This document shows, in pieces, positions 30,873 to 40,735 of a stretch of DNA of 44,930 bases (within the stretch, counting starts at the first letter, position 1; every line of letters starts with the position of its first letter). Where the stretch lies: NCBI GenBank assembly GCA_963733375.1, contig CAVTDB010000015.1:1-44930 (forward strand). The letters run 5' to 3'. The DNA is from Nitrospirota bacterium (GTDB lineage: Bacteria; Nitrospirota; JACRHJ01). Under the pieces are notes generated by a model. That model saw only the letters and a list, made by a program, of their open reading frames with translations, did not search any database and was not told the origin of the DNA. The position numbers were made by a program, and so were the translations under genes.

Positions 30873-32216
30873 TTATACTCCCAGCCTTTTCGATTGATAT
30901 GACTGAAATTTATTGTCTTTGTCAATGCTATGTTTTGCAATTATAAAGCGTTCGGCACCCTCATAGCCCCTGATAAACATGTCCCGGCCCATCCTTGCAT
31001 CCTTTGATAAATACAGCCTTCCGCCATGGTCCAGGACTATCTTGTCCAACTCGTCCAAAAAAGGAAACAGTCCAGGGGTTATCGGGAAATCCAGTGCCAG
31101 GGTATAGCCTTCCATGGGAAAGGAGAGTAAGTTGTCGTTCTTTTTGCCGAAGAGTTTTAAAACCGCCAGAAATGATCCCCTGCCGCTGTCGCTTATAACC
31201 GTCAATATCTTTTTTAAACCGTCCTTGCTCATGTCGTACGGCAGCACGAACTGATACTGCGTAAAACCCCGCGGACCGTATATCCTGTTCCAGTTCTGGA
31301 TGCTGTCGAGGGGATAAAAAAAAGAATCGTAATCGACGATGGATTCGTTTATCCCGTTCGGATGTTTATGGTAATAGAGGAAATTGAAACATCTTGCGGT
31401 GACGCTGTTCAGTACGGCGTTCGGGAACATTACAGGGATATTCAAAGCGGGCTTTTTCTTCGGGACAAGCGCATTTTTTGAGGCCTTTGAACTCCCGATG
31501 TCTCTTTGCCCGGCATGCTCGCCGAGTATTAAAATGCTTCTTCCCAAGTTCTCATTTTTTGACAGGCAATCGATCCAGGCGACGGAATAGGTGAAGTTTC
31601 CGTATTTCTCAAACAGGTCCATCGTCTCGCCGATATTTTTAGCTTTAACCGTGGTCTGTCTTATGTACGCCGTCTCTATCCGCTTCAGCCTTAATGACGC
31701 GCTCAGGATAATCCCCGTTAAGCCCATCCCGCCGCAGGTGGCCTTGAATAAATCGGCATTGACCGTTTTAGAACATGTCACGGCCTTTCCGTCCGACGTC
31801 ATCACGTCCATGGATACCAGATGCTCTGAAAAAGAGCCGTCCTTATGGTGGTTCTTGCCATGGACGTCGGATGCTATCGCTCCGCCAAGGGTGACATATT
31901 TCGTCCCCGGCGTTACCGGTAAAAACCATCCCCGCGGCACGAAGGTATCCAGGATTTCCCCGAGGTTGACGCCTGACTCGCAGGACAGGACGCCCTCTTT
32001 CGCATCGAATGACAACATCCTGTTGAGCTTTAACGTCAAAAGGACGTTTTCACTTAACGAAGAATCCCCGTAGCTCCTGCCCAGTCCCCGGGTTATGCAT
32101 GAATCAACATCGCGCAGGAACGCCTTTGCCCGTTTGGCCGACTCCGTCTTGTGTACGCTGACTTCAATTTTTGGATAGTTGCCCCACCCTGAAAGCATCA
32201 TTTTAATTTTGCTCAT
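30873..32216 (-). CDS. DprE1-like FAD-dependent polyprenylphosphoribose 2'-oxidase
   Basis: SGWG, RGLGRSYGD, PVTPGTKYVTLGGAIASDVHGKNHH, SFLAVLKLFG, GGRLYLSKD. Confidence 0.9.
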   Translation of the reverse strand: MSKIKMMLSGWGNYPKIEVSVHKTESAKRAKAFLRDVDSCITRGLGRSYGDSSLSENVLLTLKLNRMLSFDAKEGVLSCESGVNLGEILDTFVPRGWFLPVTPGTKYVTLGGAIASDVHGKNHHKDGSFSEHLVSMDVMTSDGKAVTCSKTVNADLFKATCGGMGLTGIILSASLRLKRIETAYIRQTTVKAKNIGETMDLFEKYGNFTYSVAWIDCLSKNENLGRSILILGEHAGQRDIGSSKASKNALVPKKKPALNIPVMFPNAVLNSVTARCFNFLYYHKHPNGINESIVDYDSFFYPLDSIQNWNRIYGPRGFTQYQFVLPYDMSKDGLKKILTVISDSGRGSFLAVLKLFGKKNDNLLSFPMEGYTLALDFPITPGLFPFLDELDKIVLDHGGRLYLSKDARMGRDMFIRGYEGAERFIIAKHSIDKDNKFQSYQSKRLGV

Positions 32217-32261
32217 CCTTCGAGGCAGTCTCCATTGTCCTCAAGCTTGCGGCGCGGCGTT

Positions 32262-33149
32262 CTAATAGATCAGTACCGATAACGTTAAAACCCATCCTAA
32301 AATCGTCAACTGGATAAATCTGTCCCTGAGCAAAACATCGGTAGGAGAGCCGCTTCTCTTATCGACAAAGGCTATCTGCAAATACCTCATGATGCCCAGC
32401 AGTACAAATACAACGGAAAGGTACAGCTTGTCGGTGTGCGCCTTTTTTATAACCTCGGGAGATACCGTGTACATGATATAGGAAACAATGGTAACGGAAG
32501 CTATAATCGTCATCGACAAATTCACCAGGTCGAGGTTGTACCCGTCTATCACCTTTCTCACCCTGTTGCCGCCCGAGAGAAATACAAGCACGTCGTCCCG
32601 TCTTTTGGCAAGCGCCAGAAAAAGGGCAAGCAAAAAAGTCATGAGTATGATCCACATGGAAAGCTGTATGTTTGTCACCGCGGACCCGATAAACAATCTG
32701 AGAACAAAGCCGATTGCAATGATAAACACGTCGATGATGGCTAAGTGCTTCAGTTTGAGTGTATATGCAATGTTGAGGACCAAATAAACGAACACGATGT
32801 ACAGCATTTGGCGGCCCAGAAGAGAGGCGCTGCCCACCCCCGCGACGAGGAGCGTGAGCATTAACAAAAGCGCCGAGTTTTTGGATATACGTCCGGTAGC
32901 CAGGGGGCGGTTTTTTTTCGCAGGATGTAATTTATCCTCTTCGACATCATGGTAATCGTTGAATACATAAACAGCGCTTGCAATAATCGAGAATGAGACA
33001 AACGCCAAGAATACCTTCGACAGCAATTCAATATCGGTAATCTTCAGGCCGAAAAACAAAGGGGCAAATATGAACAGGTTCTTAAAATACTGCGCGGGGC
33101 GCATCAAATCTATATAGTTTTTTAACAATAGCCTTTCTCGCATTTTCAT
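32262..33149 (-). CDS. UbiA-family polyprenyl-phosphate phosphoribosyltransferase (Rv3806c-like)
   Basis: MRPAQYFKN, YVFNDYHDVEEDKLHPAKKNRPLA, KRRDD. Confidence 0.9.
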   Translation of the reverse strand: MKMRERLLLKNYIDLMRPAQYFKNLFIFAPLFFGLKITDIELLSKVFLAFVSFSIIASAVYVFNDYHDVEEDKLHPAKKNRPLATGRISKNSALLLMLTLLVAGVGSASLLGRQMLYIVFVYLVLNIAYTLKLKHLAIIDVFIIAIGFVLRLFIGSAVTNIQLSMWIILMTFLLALFLALAKRRDDVLVFLSGGNRVRKVIDGYNLDLVNLSMTIIASVTIVSYIMYTVSPEVIKKAHTDKLYLSVVFVLLGIMRYLQIAFVDKRSGSPTDVLLRDRFIQLTILGWVLTLSVLIY

Positions 33150-34879
33150 CTGCGGCTGCTCTTTATTTCAATAGCCTTCATCAAATTAGCATTATAAACA
33201 GGGTCGTTCGGATTCAAACGTTGCGCGGAAGCGAAGGATTCTATGGCTTCATCTATCAGCCCTTTACTTCCGAATGCTCTACCCAGTCCATTATAGGCCG
33301 CCGCAAAACCTGGATTTATTTCTATGGCGATTTGGTAATGCTCAACAGCATCGTCAATTAGTCCATCAGCAAGGAACGCATCCCCCAGATTACAGTGCGC
33401 CACCGAATTATTTGGATTTAGCATCAGGACAGTCTGATATTCTGTCATTGCCTGATCTGTCCAACCCTTGACGTAATATGCGGCCCCTAAATTCAGGTGT
33501 ACATCCTCGTTATTCGGGTCGAGGCCTACGGCAGCTTTATATTGCTCGATTGCTTCATCCAGCCTGCCATCAGTATAAAGAGCGAATCCAAGATACTTAT
33601 GAGCTACCGCACTGTCGGGAGCCTTTCGTACGGTATCGGTCCAAAGGGTAAAACTGTTTTTCCAAGCCGTATTTCTTACTATTGTTCCTGCAGAGTACGA
33701 AACGATCAACACAAAAAAAACGATAGCGAGGATTGTATTCTTATAGGATACAGACAGCCTGATCCGCGTAAGAAGCAAGGCTAAAATAATTGCATATCCA
33801 GCCGAAGGGAGGTAGAGATATCGTTCAGCAAACACGCTATCGCCGGCAATGGATGTGATAGCGAAGGCAGGCAACAGAGGGAAAACAACTATGAATAGAG
33901 AGAAAAATATAACCTTGTCTTTTCTCATCGTATATGCAAAGAACGCAAACCCCAGCACAACGATAAGCGCTATCATGGCGTTAGGCTCAAAAATGGTTGT
34001 GAGGGGATGAAATCTGTAAATCGCGCTTAAATTGAAGGGAAAAATAAGTTTTACGATGTATTGAGAAAAAAGATGGATTATATTAATAACATATTGATAA
34101 ACCGTGAGGTCAATATGCGTTTTGCTGGGCGCAAAACTACCAAGGGCGTTAAACCTGAGCACAAAATATATCCCCATAACCGCCAGGTAGGGAAGATATC
34201 GTTTGGCATAACGGGAAAGACTGAAGTCGGATTTTTTGAATGTGTAGTCATAGGCGATTAATACAAAGGGAAGAGTTAATGCGGGCTCTTTGCAAAGAGT
34301 TGAGAGAAAAAACGAAACTATCGACAGGTAATAATTATACTTTCCTCCATCCTCGGAACGCATGTAGAGATACAGGGAAAGGAGAAAGAAAAAGGCAAAG
34401 GAAGCATCCATTACCCCTGATACCCAGTCAACAGTTCCTGTATTGATAGGGTGGGCAGCAAATAGCAAGGCCGCGTAAAAAGCCGGAGAAAACCTGCCGG
34501 GCCAAGGGTAGGGGTCGAATCCCAATATCAATTTTGATGCAATAAAAAACAAGAGAAGGGAGGCGCAAGCATGAAAGAGAATGTTGACTAAATGGAACCC
34601 CCAGGGGCTGAGGCCGAACACGGCATAGGCAAGCATGAATATGACGTGAATCAGCGGTCGATAATAACTTGTCGCATAAGCTGCATTAAATCCCGCCACA
34701 TTCGATGAAAATATTTGCGGGAGGTACCTGATGTCTCTTATCCAGGGATTTTCAACGACATCCTGGATATCATCAAAGACGAATCCATTAGAGAGGGCAT
34801 TAAAATAAACGGCAAAAGTAACAAGCAGGATTAAAAGTACAGGGAGCAACGGCAATGTATTAGATTGCGGCCTGTTCAT
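33146..34879 (-). CDS. TMTC-like GT-C membrane glycosyltransferase with C-terminal TPRs
   Basis: FVFDD, YRPL, FHLVNILFH, LFAAHP, KE, AERYLYLPS, RNTAW...LW, then TPR repeats. Confidence 0.85.
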   Translation of the reverse strand: MNRPQSNTLPLLPVLLILLVTFAVYFNALSNGFVFDDIQDVVENPWIRDIRYLPQIFSSNVAGFNAAYATSYYRPLIHVIFMLAYAVFGLSPWGFHLVNILFHACASLLLFFIASKLILGFDPYPWPGRFSPAFYAALLFAAHPINTGTVDWVSGVMDASFAFFFLLSLYLYMRSEDGGKYNYYLSIVSFFLSTLCKEPALTLPFVLIAYDYTFKKSDFSLSRYAKRYLPYLAVMGIYFVLRFNALGSFAPSKTHIDLTVYQYVINIIHLFSQYIVKLIFPFNLSAIYRFHPLTTIFEPNAMIALIVVLGFAFFAYTMRKDKVIFFSLFIVVFPLLPAFAITSIAGDSVFAERYLYLPSAGYAIILALLLTRIRLSVSYKNTILAIVFFVLIVSYSAGTIVRNTAWKNSFTLWTDTVRKAPDSAVAHKYLGFALYTDGRLDEAIEQYKAAVGLDPNNEDVHLNLGAAYYVKGWTDQAMTEYQTVLMLNPNNSVAHCNLGDAFLADGLIDDAVEHYQIAIEINPGFAAAYNGLGRAFGSKGLIDEAIESFASAQRLNPNDPVYNANLMKAIEIKSSRR

Positions 34880-34959
34880 CGTTTTGAGCCTGTAAAATAG
34901 ATTGTGCAAATTTGTGCGCCTCCGCAACTTTCAGAAACCCCTCGTGACCTGCCCCGCTT

Positions 34960-34987
34960 ATTGTACCAATTGTAAAGTCAGAGTCAA
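34960..34987 (-). promoter_or_regulatory. promoter of the TMTC-ubiA-dprE1-dprE2-like operon, inside an IS-end-like sequence
   Basis: TTGACT-16 nt-TACAAT with an extended TGG. Confidence 0.5.
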
Positions 34988-35086
34988 CTCCTTGTTTATA
35001 GTGCCGGAGAATAACTTCTCGACCTGATAAATATCTGCCCCCTTTTAATCTTTTGCTTTTAAAGACAGTTCTGCTAAAATCTCCTT

Positions 35087-36114
35087 ATGAAATCCGCAAT
35101 CTTAATCAGCCCCGGCGTAATGGAAATAAACCGCAAGGCCCCGGTGCCGTCGCCCGGGCCGGGCGAGGTCGTCGTGCAGGTGAAGGCGGCGCTCACCTGC
35201 GGCACGGACATAAAGGCGTATCTCCGGGGCCATCCGAAGATAACGCTGCCTTCGCCGCTTGGACACGAGTTCTCAGGCGACATCTATAAAATCGGCGAAG
35301 GGGTGGAAGGCTGGGCGGAGGGCGATGCGGTGATGGCGGTGCATTCCGCGCCGTGCGGCGAGTGCGCGTTCTGCAAAATGGGCCGGGAGAACCTCTGCAC
35401 GACCATAATGGACGAAAAAGTCCTGGGCGCGTATGCGGACTTCATAAAGCTCCCGGCGCGCGTGGTGAAGACAGAACATGTTCAAAAAACCCGAGTCGCT
35501 ACCCTATGCGGAGGCGGCGATGCTGGAGCCGCTCGCGTGCGTCGTGCACGGATACCGCATGACGGAGGCCGAGAAGCCGAAGAGCGTCCTGATACTTGGC
35601 GCGGGGCCGATAGGGCTTCTGCACCTGATGCTGCATAAGAAAAACGGCGCGAAGGTCATCCTCGCGGGCAGGAGGGCCGACCGGCTTGAGACGGCGAAGG
35701 ACCTGGGCGCGGACGCCGTGCTGGAAGGCGACCTCCAGGACATCGCATGGAAGGTAACCGAAGAGACCGAGGGCCTCGGCGCGGACCTGGTCATCGAAGC
35801 GACCGGGAACAAGGACCTCTGGGAGAACTCGCCGTCCCTTGTGAGACGCGGGGGGACGGTACTGCTGTTCGGGGGCTGTCCGACCGGAACGCGCGCCTGC
35901 TTCGACGCCGGACGCATCCATTACGACGAGATAAAGCTGATGGGCGCGTTCCATTTCACGCCCTCGGACGTCAAGGCGGCATACGAGCTTCTGGTTGCCG
36001 GCAAAGCTGGATGTCTCGAAACTTATCTCGGGAAGGTATAACCTGGACGACCTTCAGATAGCGTTCGACGAGCTTATCGGCGGCCGAGGGATAAAGTTCG
36101 CGATAATACCGTAA
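35087..36114 (+). CDS. zinc-dependent MDR alcohol/polyol dehydrogenase (frameshifted)
   Basis: CGTD, GHEFSG, CGECAFC...C, LEPLAC, GAGPIG. Confidence 0.9.
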
Positions 36115-36121
36115 ACACCAG

Positions 36122-36237
36122 AACCGTTACCTTTTTTGTAAAAAAGGTAACCCAAAAAACTTTTAGACTGTTTTTTGCCTTTCAGGCCCAACCGTTTTTG
36201 GCTCCACCTTTTTCCGTAAAAAGGTGGAAAAGGTTTT
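36122..36237 (+). repeat. double-hairpin intergenic element, copy 6 (variant second arm)
   Basis: GTTACCTTTTTT-GT-AAAAAAGGTAAC plus TCCACCTTTTT-CCGT-AAAAAGGTGGA. Confidence 0.85.
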
Positions 36238-37150
36238 ATGCTCCCGTACGAAATACTCCGCAAAATTAAGAGACTGGAAATTAAAACCTCCCGGCTGGTC
36301 GAGGGCGCGCTCTCCGGCGGATACCTGTCCACGTTCAAGGGGCGGGGCATCGAGTTTACGGAGGTGCGCGAGTACGTACCCGGCGACGACGTACGGGCGA
36401 TAGACTGGAACGTGACGGCCAGGACGGGCATCCCCCACATCAAGACGTTTGTCGAGGAGAGAGACTTAACCGTCATGCTCGCCGTGGACGTATCGGCCTC
36501 GATGGACTTCGGCACGACCACACAAACCAAAAAAGAGCTGGCCGTGGAGTTCGCCGCCGCCGCCGCGCTCCTCGCCGCCCAGGGCGGGGACAGGGCGGGG
36601 CTTATCGCATACACGGACAGGGTGGAATTATTTATCCCGCCAAAGCGCGGCAAAAGACACGTCTATAACCTCCTGACCGCGCTCTCGACAATCAAGCCGA
36701 AGGGGAAGAGGACCGACCTGGCCGCACCCGCCGAGCTGCTTATACGCGCGCTTAAAACCCGCTCCACGCTGTTCTGGATATCTGACTTCACGGAAGCGTG
36801 CCTGGAGGGCGGCAGGTCCGAAGCCGGTCTACCGGCGTTGCCCGCGCTGAAGGCGCTCTCACGGCGGCACGAGCTTGTGCCGGTCGTGCCCTCGGACAGG
36901 CGGGAGCGGGAGCTTCCGGCAGGGGGCGGGATGGCGGAGCTTATCGACCCGGAGACGGGCGCGGAAGTCCTGGTGGACCTCTCGTCCCCCCGCTTTATTC
37001 AGGCGTTTAAAAGCTGGAGAGACGAGGCGGAAAAGGGCAGGACGGCGCTTTTTAACGCCCTGAAGGCGGAGCCCGTATGGCTTGCCACGGGCAGCTCGCC
37101 CATGACCCCGCTCGCGAGATACTTCCACCGGCACGCGAGGAGAGCGCTGA
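36238..37150 (+). CDS. DUF58 protein (MoxR/Bat-associated)
   Basis: FKGRGIEFTEVREYVPGDDVRAIDWNVTAR, DVSASMDFG, ISDF. Confidence 0.9.
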
Positions 37151-38137
37151 TGGGTTTATTTGTACACCCGTCTCTCCTCTGGCTGGCTGCCATCGTGCCG
37201 GTTATTTTTTACATAGCCATCCGTAAAAAAGAGAAGGCCATCCCCTTCCCCGGCATATCCCTGGCGAAGGACCTCCCGCGCGTAAAACTTTCGTGGCTTC
37301 CGCCGCTTCTTTTGTCGCTTGCCGCGCTCTGCCTGATAATCTCCGCCGCGCGCCCGAGAGTTGCCCAGGGGATGGAGGAGACGAAGATTATCGGCGTGGA
37401 CGTGGCTCTTGCGATAGACCTATCCGGGAGCATGCGGGCGGAGGACTTAAAGCCCAGCCGCATAGAGGCGGCGAAGGCGACGCTTAAGGAGTTCGTGAAG
37501 GGTTTCAACCAGGGTCGAATCGCGCTGGTGGCCTTCGCCGGGCGCTCGTTCACCCAGTGCCCGCTGACATCCGACGGCGAGATACTGACAAGCCTGCTGG
37601 ACCAGCTTAGACGTCGGCTCCGTACAGCTTGACGGCACCGCCATCGGGGACGCGATAGTAAACTGCATAAACAAGTTCAAGGAAAGCTCCGCCTCCCGGA
37701 TCATCATCCTGTTGACTGACGGCGAGAATAACTCCGGCTCCGTGGACCCGATAACCGCGGCGCGCGCGGCGGCTGAGAAGGGGATAAAAATTTACGCCAT
37801 CGGCATCGGCACCCCCGAAGGCGCGCCCATCCCCGTATATGGCCCGGACGGGCGGAAAGATTACATCCGTGACGATTTTGGACATGTTTTGATCGATAAG
37901 GCGGATTTTACCGCGCTGAAAAAGGTAGCCGAGATAACCGGGGGACGTTTCTTCCAGGCTACGGATAACCGCGCGCTGAAGGATATATACGGCGAGATTT
38001 CGCGCATGGAGAAAAAAGAGCTTACCGTGAAGCGGACGAGGGCATACCGTGAACTCTTCCCTTATCCCGCCGGAGCGGGATTTATTCTGCTGACTCTGGG
38101 CGGGTCGCTTATGGCGTGGAGGAGGCGGCTTTCGTGA
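37150..38137 (+). CDS. BatA-like VWA protein (frameshifted)
   Basis: N-terminal F.HP.LLWL membrane segment, DLSGSM MIDAS, CPLT, GTAIGD, LTDGENNSG. Confidence 0.88.
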
Positions 38138-39129
38138 GCGTTTTAGGATATCCGGTGTTCCTGTGGCTACTTCTCCTCGTGGCGGCTCTTGGAGCCGCGT
38201 TCCCGCTATCTCAGCGGAAGGTGAAAAAGTCGCTGCGCGACTTTGCGTCGGTGGAGATGATGGCGCGGCTTGGCCTTGGGAACGGGTCGAAAAAATTCAT
38301 GGCCCGCGCACTCTTTATTTTATTATCCGCCGTCCTTGCCGTCGTCGCGCTGGCCCGTCCCCTTGGGCCCTCCGCCAATGCGGCGGAAGCGGTCCCGGTC
38401 TCCATGGACGTAATCGTCGCGCTTGATATTTCCGACAGCATGGGGGTAACGGACGGCGGGGCCGGGCAGACGGGGGACAGGCTTTCCGCCGCGAAGGAAT
38501 TCATAAAGAACCTGGTGGCCGCCGCGCCTTCGGACAGGTTCGGGCTGGTGCTTTTCTCCGGCAATTCCATAATAAGCTGTCCGCCCACGATGGACCATGA
38601 CGCATTCCTGAATATCCTGGGCGATGCCGGAATGGACAAGCAGGACCTGCCGGGTACGGCCATAGGCGACGCGCTCATCACCGCCGCGACGAAGTTCAAA
38701 AAATCAAACCTTCCGCGCGCCGTGGTAGTGGTTTCGGACGGGGAGAATACCTACGGGCCGGAACCTGCCGACGCGGCAAGGGCGGCGGTGGCGAAGGGGC
38801 TGAAGGTTTATACCGTGGGCGTCGGGACGGCGCGTGGCGGGAGGATCCCGGAGGGCCTCGACTTCTTCGGCCAGATGACATTTAAAAAGGATAGGGCGGG
38901 CCAGACTGTAATCTCGTCGCTGGATGAAGGGACGCTGAAATCCGTCGCGGAGGCTGGCGGCGGGAAGTATTTCTATTCTCTGGACCCCGGCGCGGCAAGC
39001 GGGCTTGCGAAAGAGCTGTCGCCAAAGGCAAAGGAGAACTCGCTTGAAAAATTCGCGGGCGCGGAGGAATACGGGCCGTGGTTTGCGCTCGCCGCGGCGG
39101 TGGCGCTGATGGCGGCGATGGTTATATGA
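38134..39129 (+). CDS. BatB-like VWA protein
   Basis: ALARP, DISDSM, GTAIGDAL, SDGEN, VGVGT..GG.IP; GTGA overlap with the batA-like stop. Confidence 0.88.
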   Translation: MSVLGYPVFLWLLLLVAALGAAFPLSQRKVKKSLRDFASVEMMARLGLGNGSKKFMARALFILLSAVLAVVALARPLGPSANAAEAVPVSMDVIVALDISDSMGVTDGGAGQTGDRLSAAKEFIKNLVAAAPSDRFGLVLFSGNSIISCPPTMDHDAFLNILGDAGMDKQDLPGTAIGDALITAATKFKKSNLPRAVVVVSDGENTYGPEPADAARAAVAKGLKVYTVGVGTARGGRIPEGLDFFGQMTFKKDRAGQTVISSLDEGTLKSVAEAGGGKYFYSLDPGAASGLAKELSPKAKENSLEKFAGAEEYGPWFALAAAVALMAAMVI

Positions 39130-39147
39130 AAATCATAACGCCCCCGT

Positions 39148-39168
39148 CCCCTCTTATCTTAAGAGGGG
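39148..39168. repeat. REP-like CCCCTC hairpin
   Basis: CCCCTCTTA-TCT-TAAGAGGGG, preceded by CCCCCGT. Confidence 0.5.
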
Positions 39169-39195
39169 GATAAGGAAGATGCAATTCTACTCAAT

Positions 39196-40059
39196 ATGAA
39201 GAAAATTTTTATAATAATATTTCTGTGCCGTTTATTTTCGCCTTCTCCCGTCGCCACGCCGACCGAGAAGGGCATCGACGCCTTTTCCGCCGGGAAATAC
39301 GACGACGCGCTATCTCAATTCGGGAAGGCGGCGAAGGATAACCCGGATAAGGCCGAGGCGCATATAAACCTTGGCGACGCGCTGTACAAGAAGGGCGAGT
39401 TCGACAAGGCGGCGAAGGAATATTCCGAGGCGGCGAGGCTTAAGCCAAATATGCCCGAGGCCTGGTATAACATGGGGGACGCGCTCTACAAGATGGGCGC
39501 ATACGACAAGGCGCTCATCGGCCTTCCAGAAGGCGGATTCTTTAAAAAAGGAAGCGGACACGAAGCACAATATAGAAGTGACGATGGAGAAGGTGAAGAA
39601 GGAGCAGGTCAAAAAAAACGGGGGCGGCCCCCAGGAAAAAAGCGGCGGGCAGGGGAAGCAGGGTAATCAGGAGAGCCAGGGTCGACAGGGGAAGCCGGGA
39701 GCCGCAAGTCAAAACCAGCCTGGGCTGGCGGCGCGCAATAATCAGCCGGGTCAGGGGCAGAGCTGGGCAAAGACAGAGTGCTCAGGGCGAGGGTGCTCAG
39801 GGACAGCAAGGGCAGAGCAGGACAGGGCCAGAATGGGCAGGGGGGCGCGGGGGGGCTGTCGGAGAGCGACGTCTCCCGTATGCTGTCAAAGCAGAGCGAG
39901 GAAGAGAAGAGCCTGCGCAGCTATTTCCGGCCCGGGAAGACAGACCCCTTAAGCGAGAGGGAGGCCCGGATAGAACAGATGCTGCGCGGGATGGGCGCGC
40001 CGGCGCCGTCCGCGAGGGCTGTGAAACCGGGCGCTCCATACGTCGAAAAGGACTGGTAA
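39196..40059 (+). CDS. BatC-like TPR protein with Gln/Gly-rich tail (frameshifted)
   Basis: Signal peptide, TPRs (HINLGDALYK, WYNMGDALYK), low-complexity linker, terminal EKDW. Confidence 0.85.
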
Positions 40060-40072
40060 TAGCCTTATTTCC

Positions 40073-40101
40073 TTGACTTAACCCCTTAAATTTTATAAAA
40101 T
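40073..40101 (+). promoter_or_regulatory. sigma70-type promoter of tatB/tatC
   Basis: TTGACT-17 nt-TAAAAT. Confidence 0.6.
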
Positions 40102-40104
40102 TTT

Positions 40105-40214
40105 AAATCTTGTTACCTTTTTGGAAAAAGGTAACGCCAAAAACTTTTGGACGGGTTTAACAGTCCAGCTTTCTTTTGTGTTACTTTTCTTTCTCGAAAG
40201 AAAAGTAACGGTTT
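40105..40214 (+). repeat. double-hairpin intergenic element, copy 7
   Basis: GTTACCTTTTTGGAAAAAGGTAAC ... GTTACTTTTCTTTC-TC-GAAAGAAAAGTAACGGTTT. Confidence 0.95.
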
Positions 40215-40226
40215 TAAGGAGTTGTC

Positions 40227-40735
40227 ATGCCGGGCTTAGGTTTCCCAAGCGAGATAATATTAATATTCATTGTCGCACTGATCGTCTTCGGGCCCAAGAG
40301 GCTGCCCGATATGGCGAAATCCCTCGGCAGGGCAATGAATGAGTTCAAGCGCTCCATGAACGAGTTCAAGCGCCAGATCGAGGCGGAGGTCGGGACCGAG
40401 AACATAAAGGAAGACCTTTTAAGGCAGCAGAAAGAGATACAGGATAAACTCGCCGGCTTAAACCCCGCCGGGCAAGGTCCGGCCCCGGATAAGATAGATA
40501 AGATAGAGACGACGGATTACGCGGACTCCGGACAGGCGGCGGCCAATAAGGCGAGCGTCGCTGCCGTAAAGGCCCCGGCCAGCCAGGCGGGCGTCCCTGC
40601 CGGGCAGACGCCGGACGATAAAGCGAGCGCAGGAGGAAGCGACGAGAAAGCCGAAGCCGCTCCCACCCGACTCTTCCGCCTCCGCCTCCTCCGGCCCCCC
40701 CCGCCCCAGAGGGACCGAAGAAAAAAGATGCCTGA
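40227..40735 (+). CDS. tatB: twin-arginine translocase TatA/TatB family subunit
   Basis: EIILIFIVALIVFGPKRLPDMAKSLGRAMNEFK; probable true stop TGA at 40733-40735. Confidence 0.8.

Noticed and set aside
36820-36835. 16-bp exact match GAAGCCGGTCTACCGG shared with the riboswitch (41788-41803)
   Set aside because: One 16-mer match in 45 kb of GC-rich DNA is close to chance expectation
36238-37632. Apparent DUF58-BatA fusion
   Set aside because: A TGATG stop/start overlap sits at 37148-37152; a single indel explains the read-through in a window full of frameshifts
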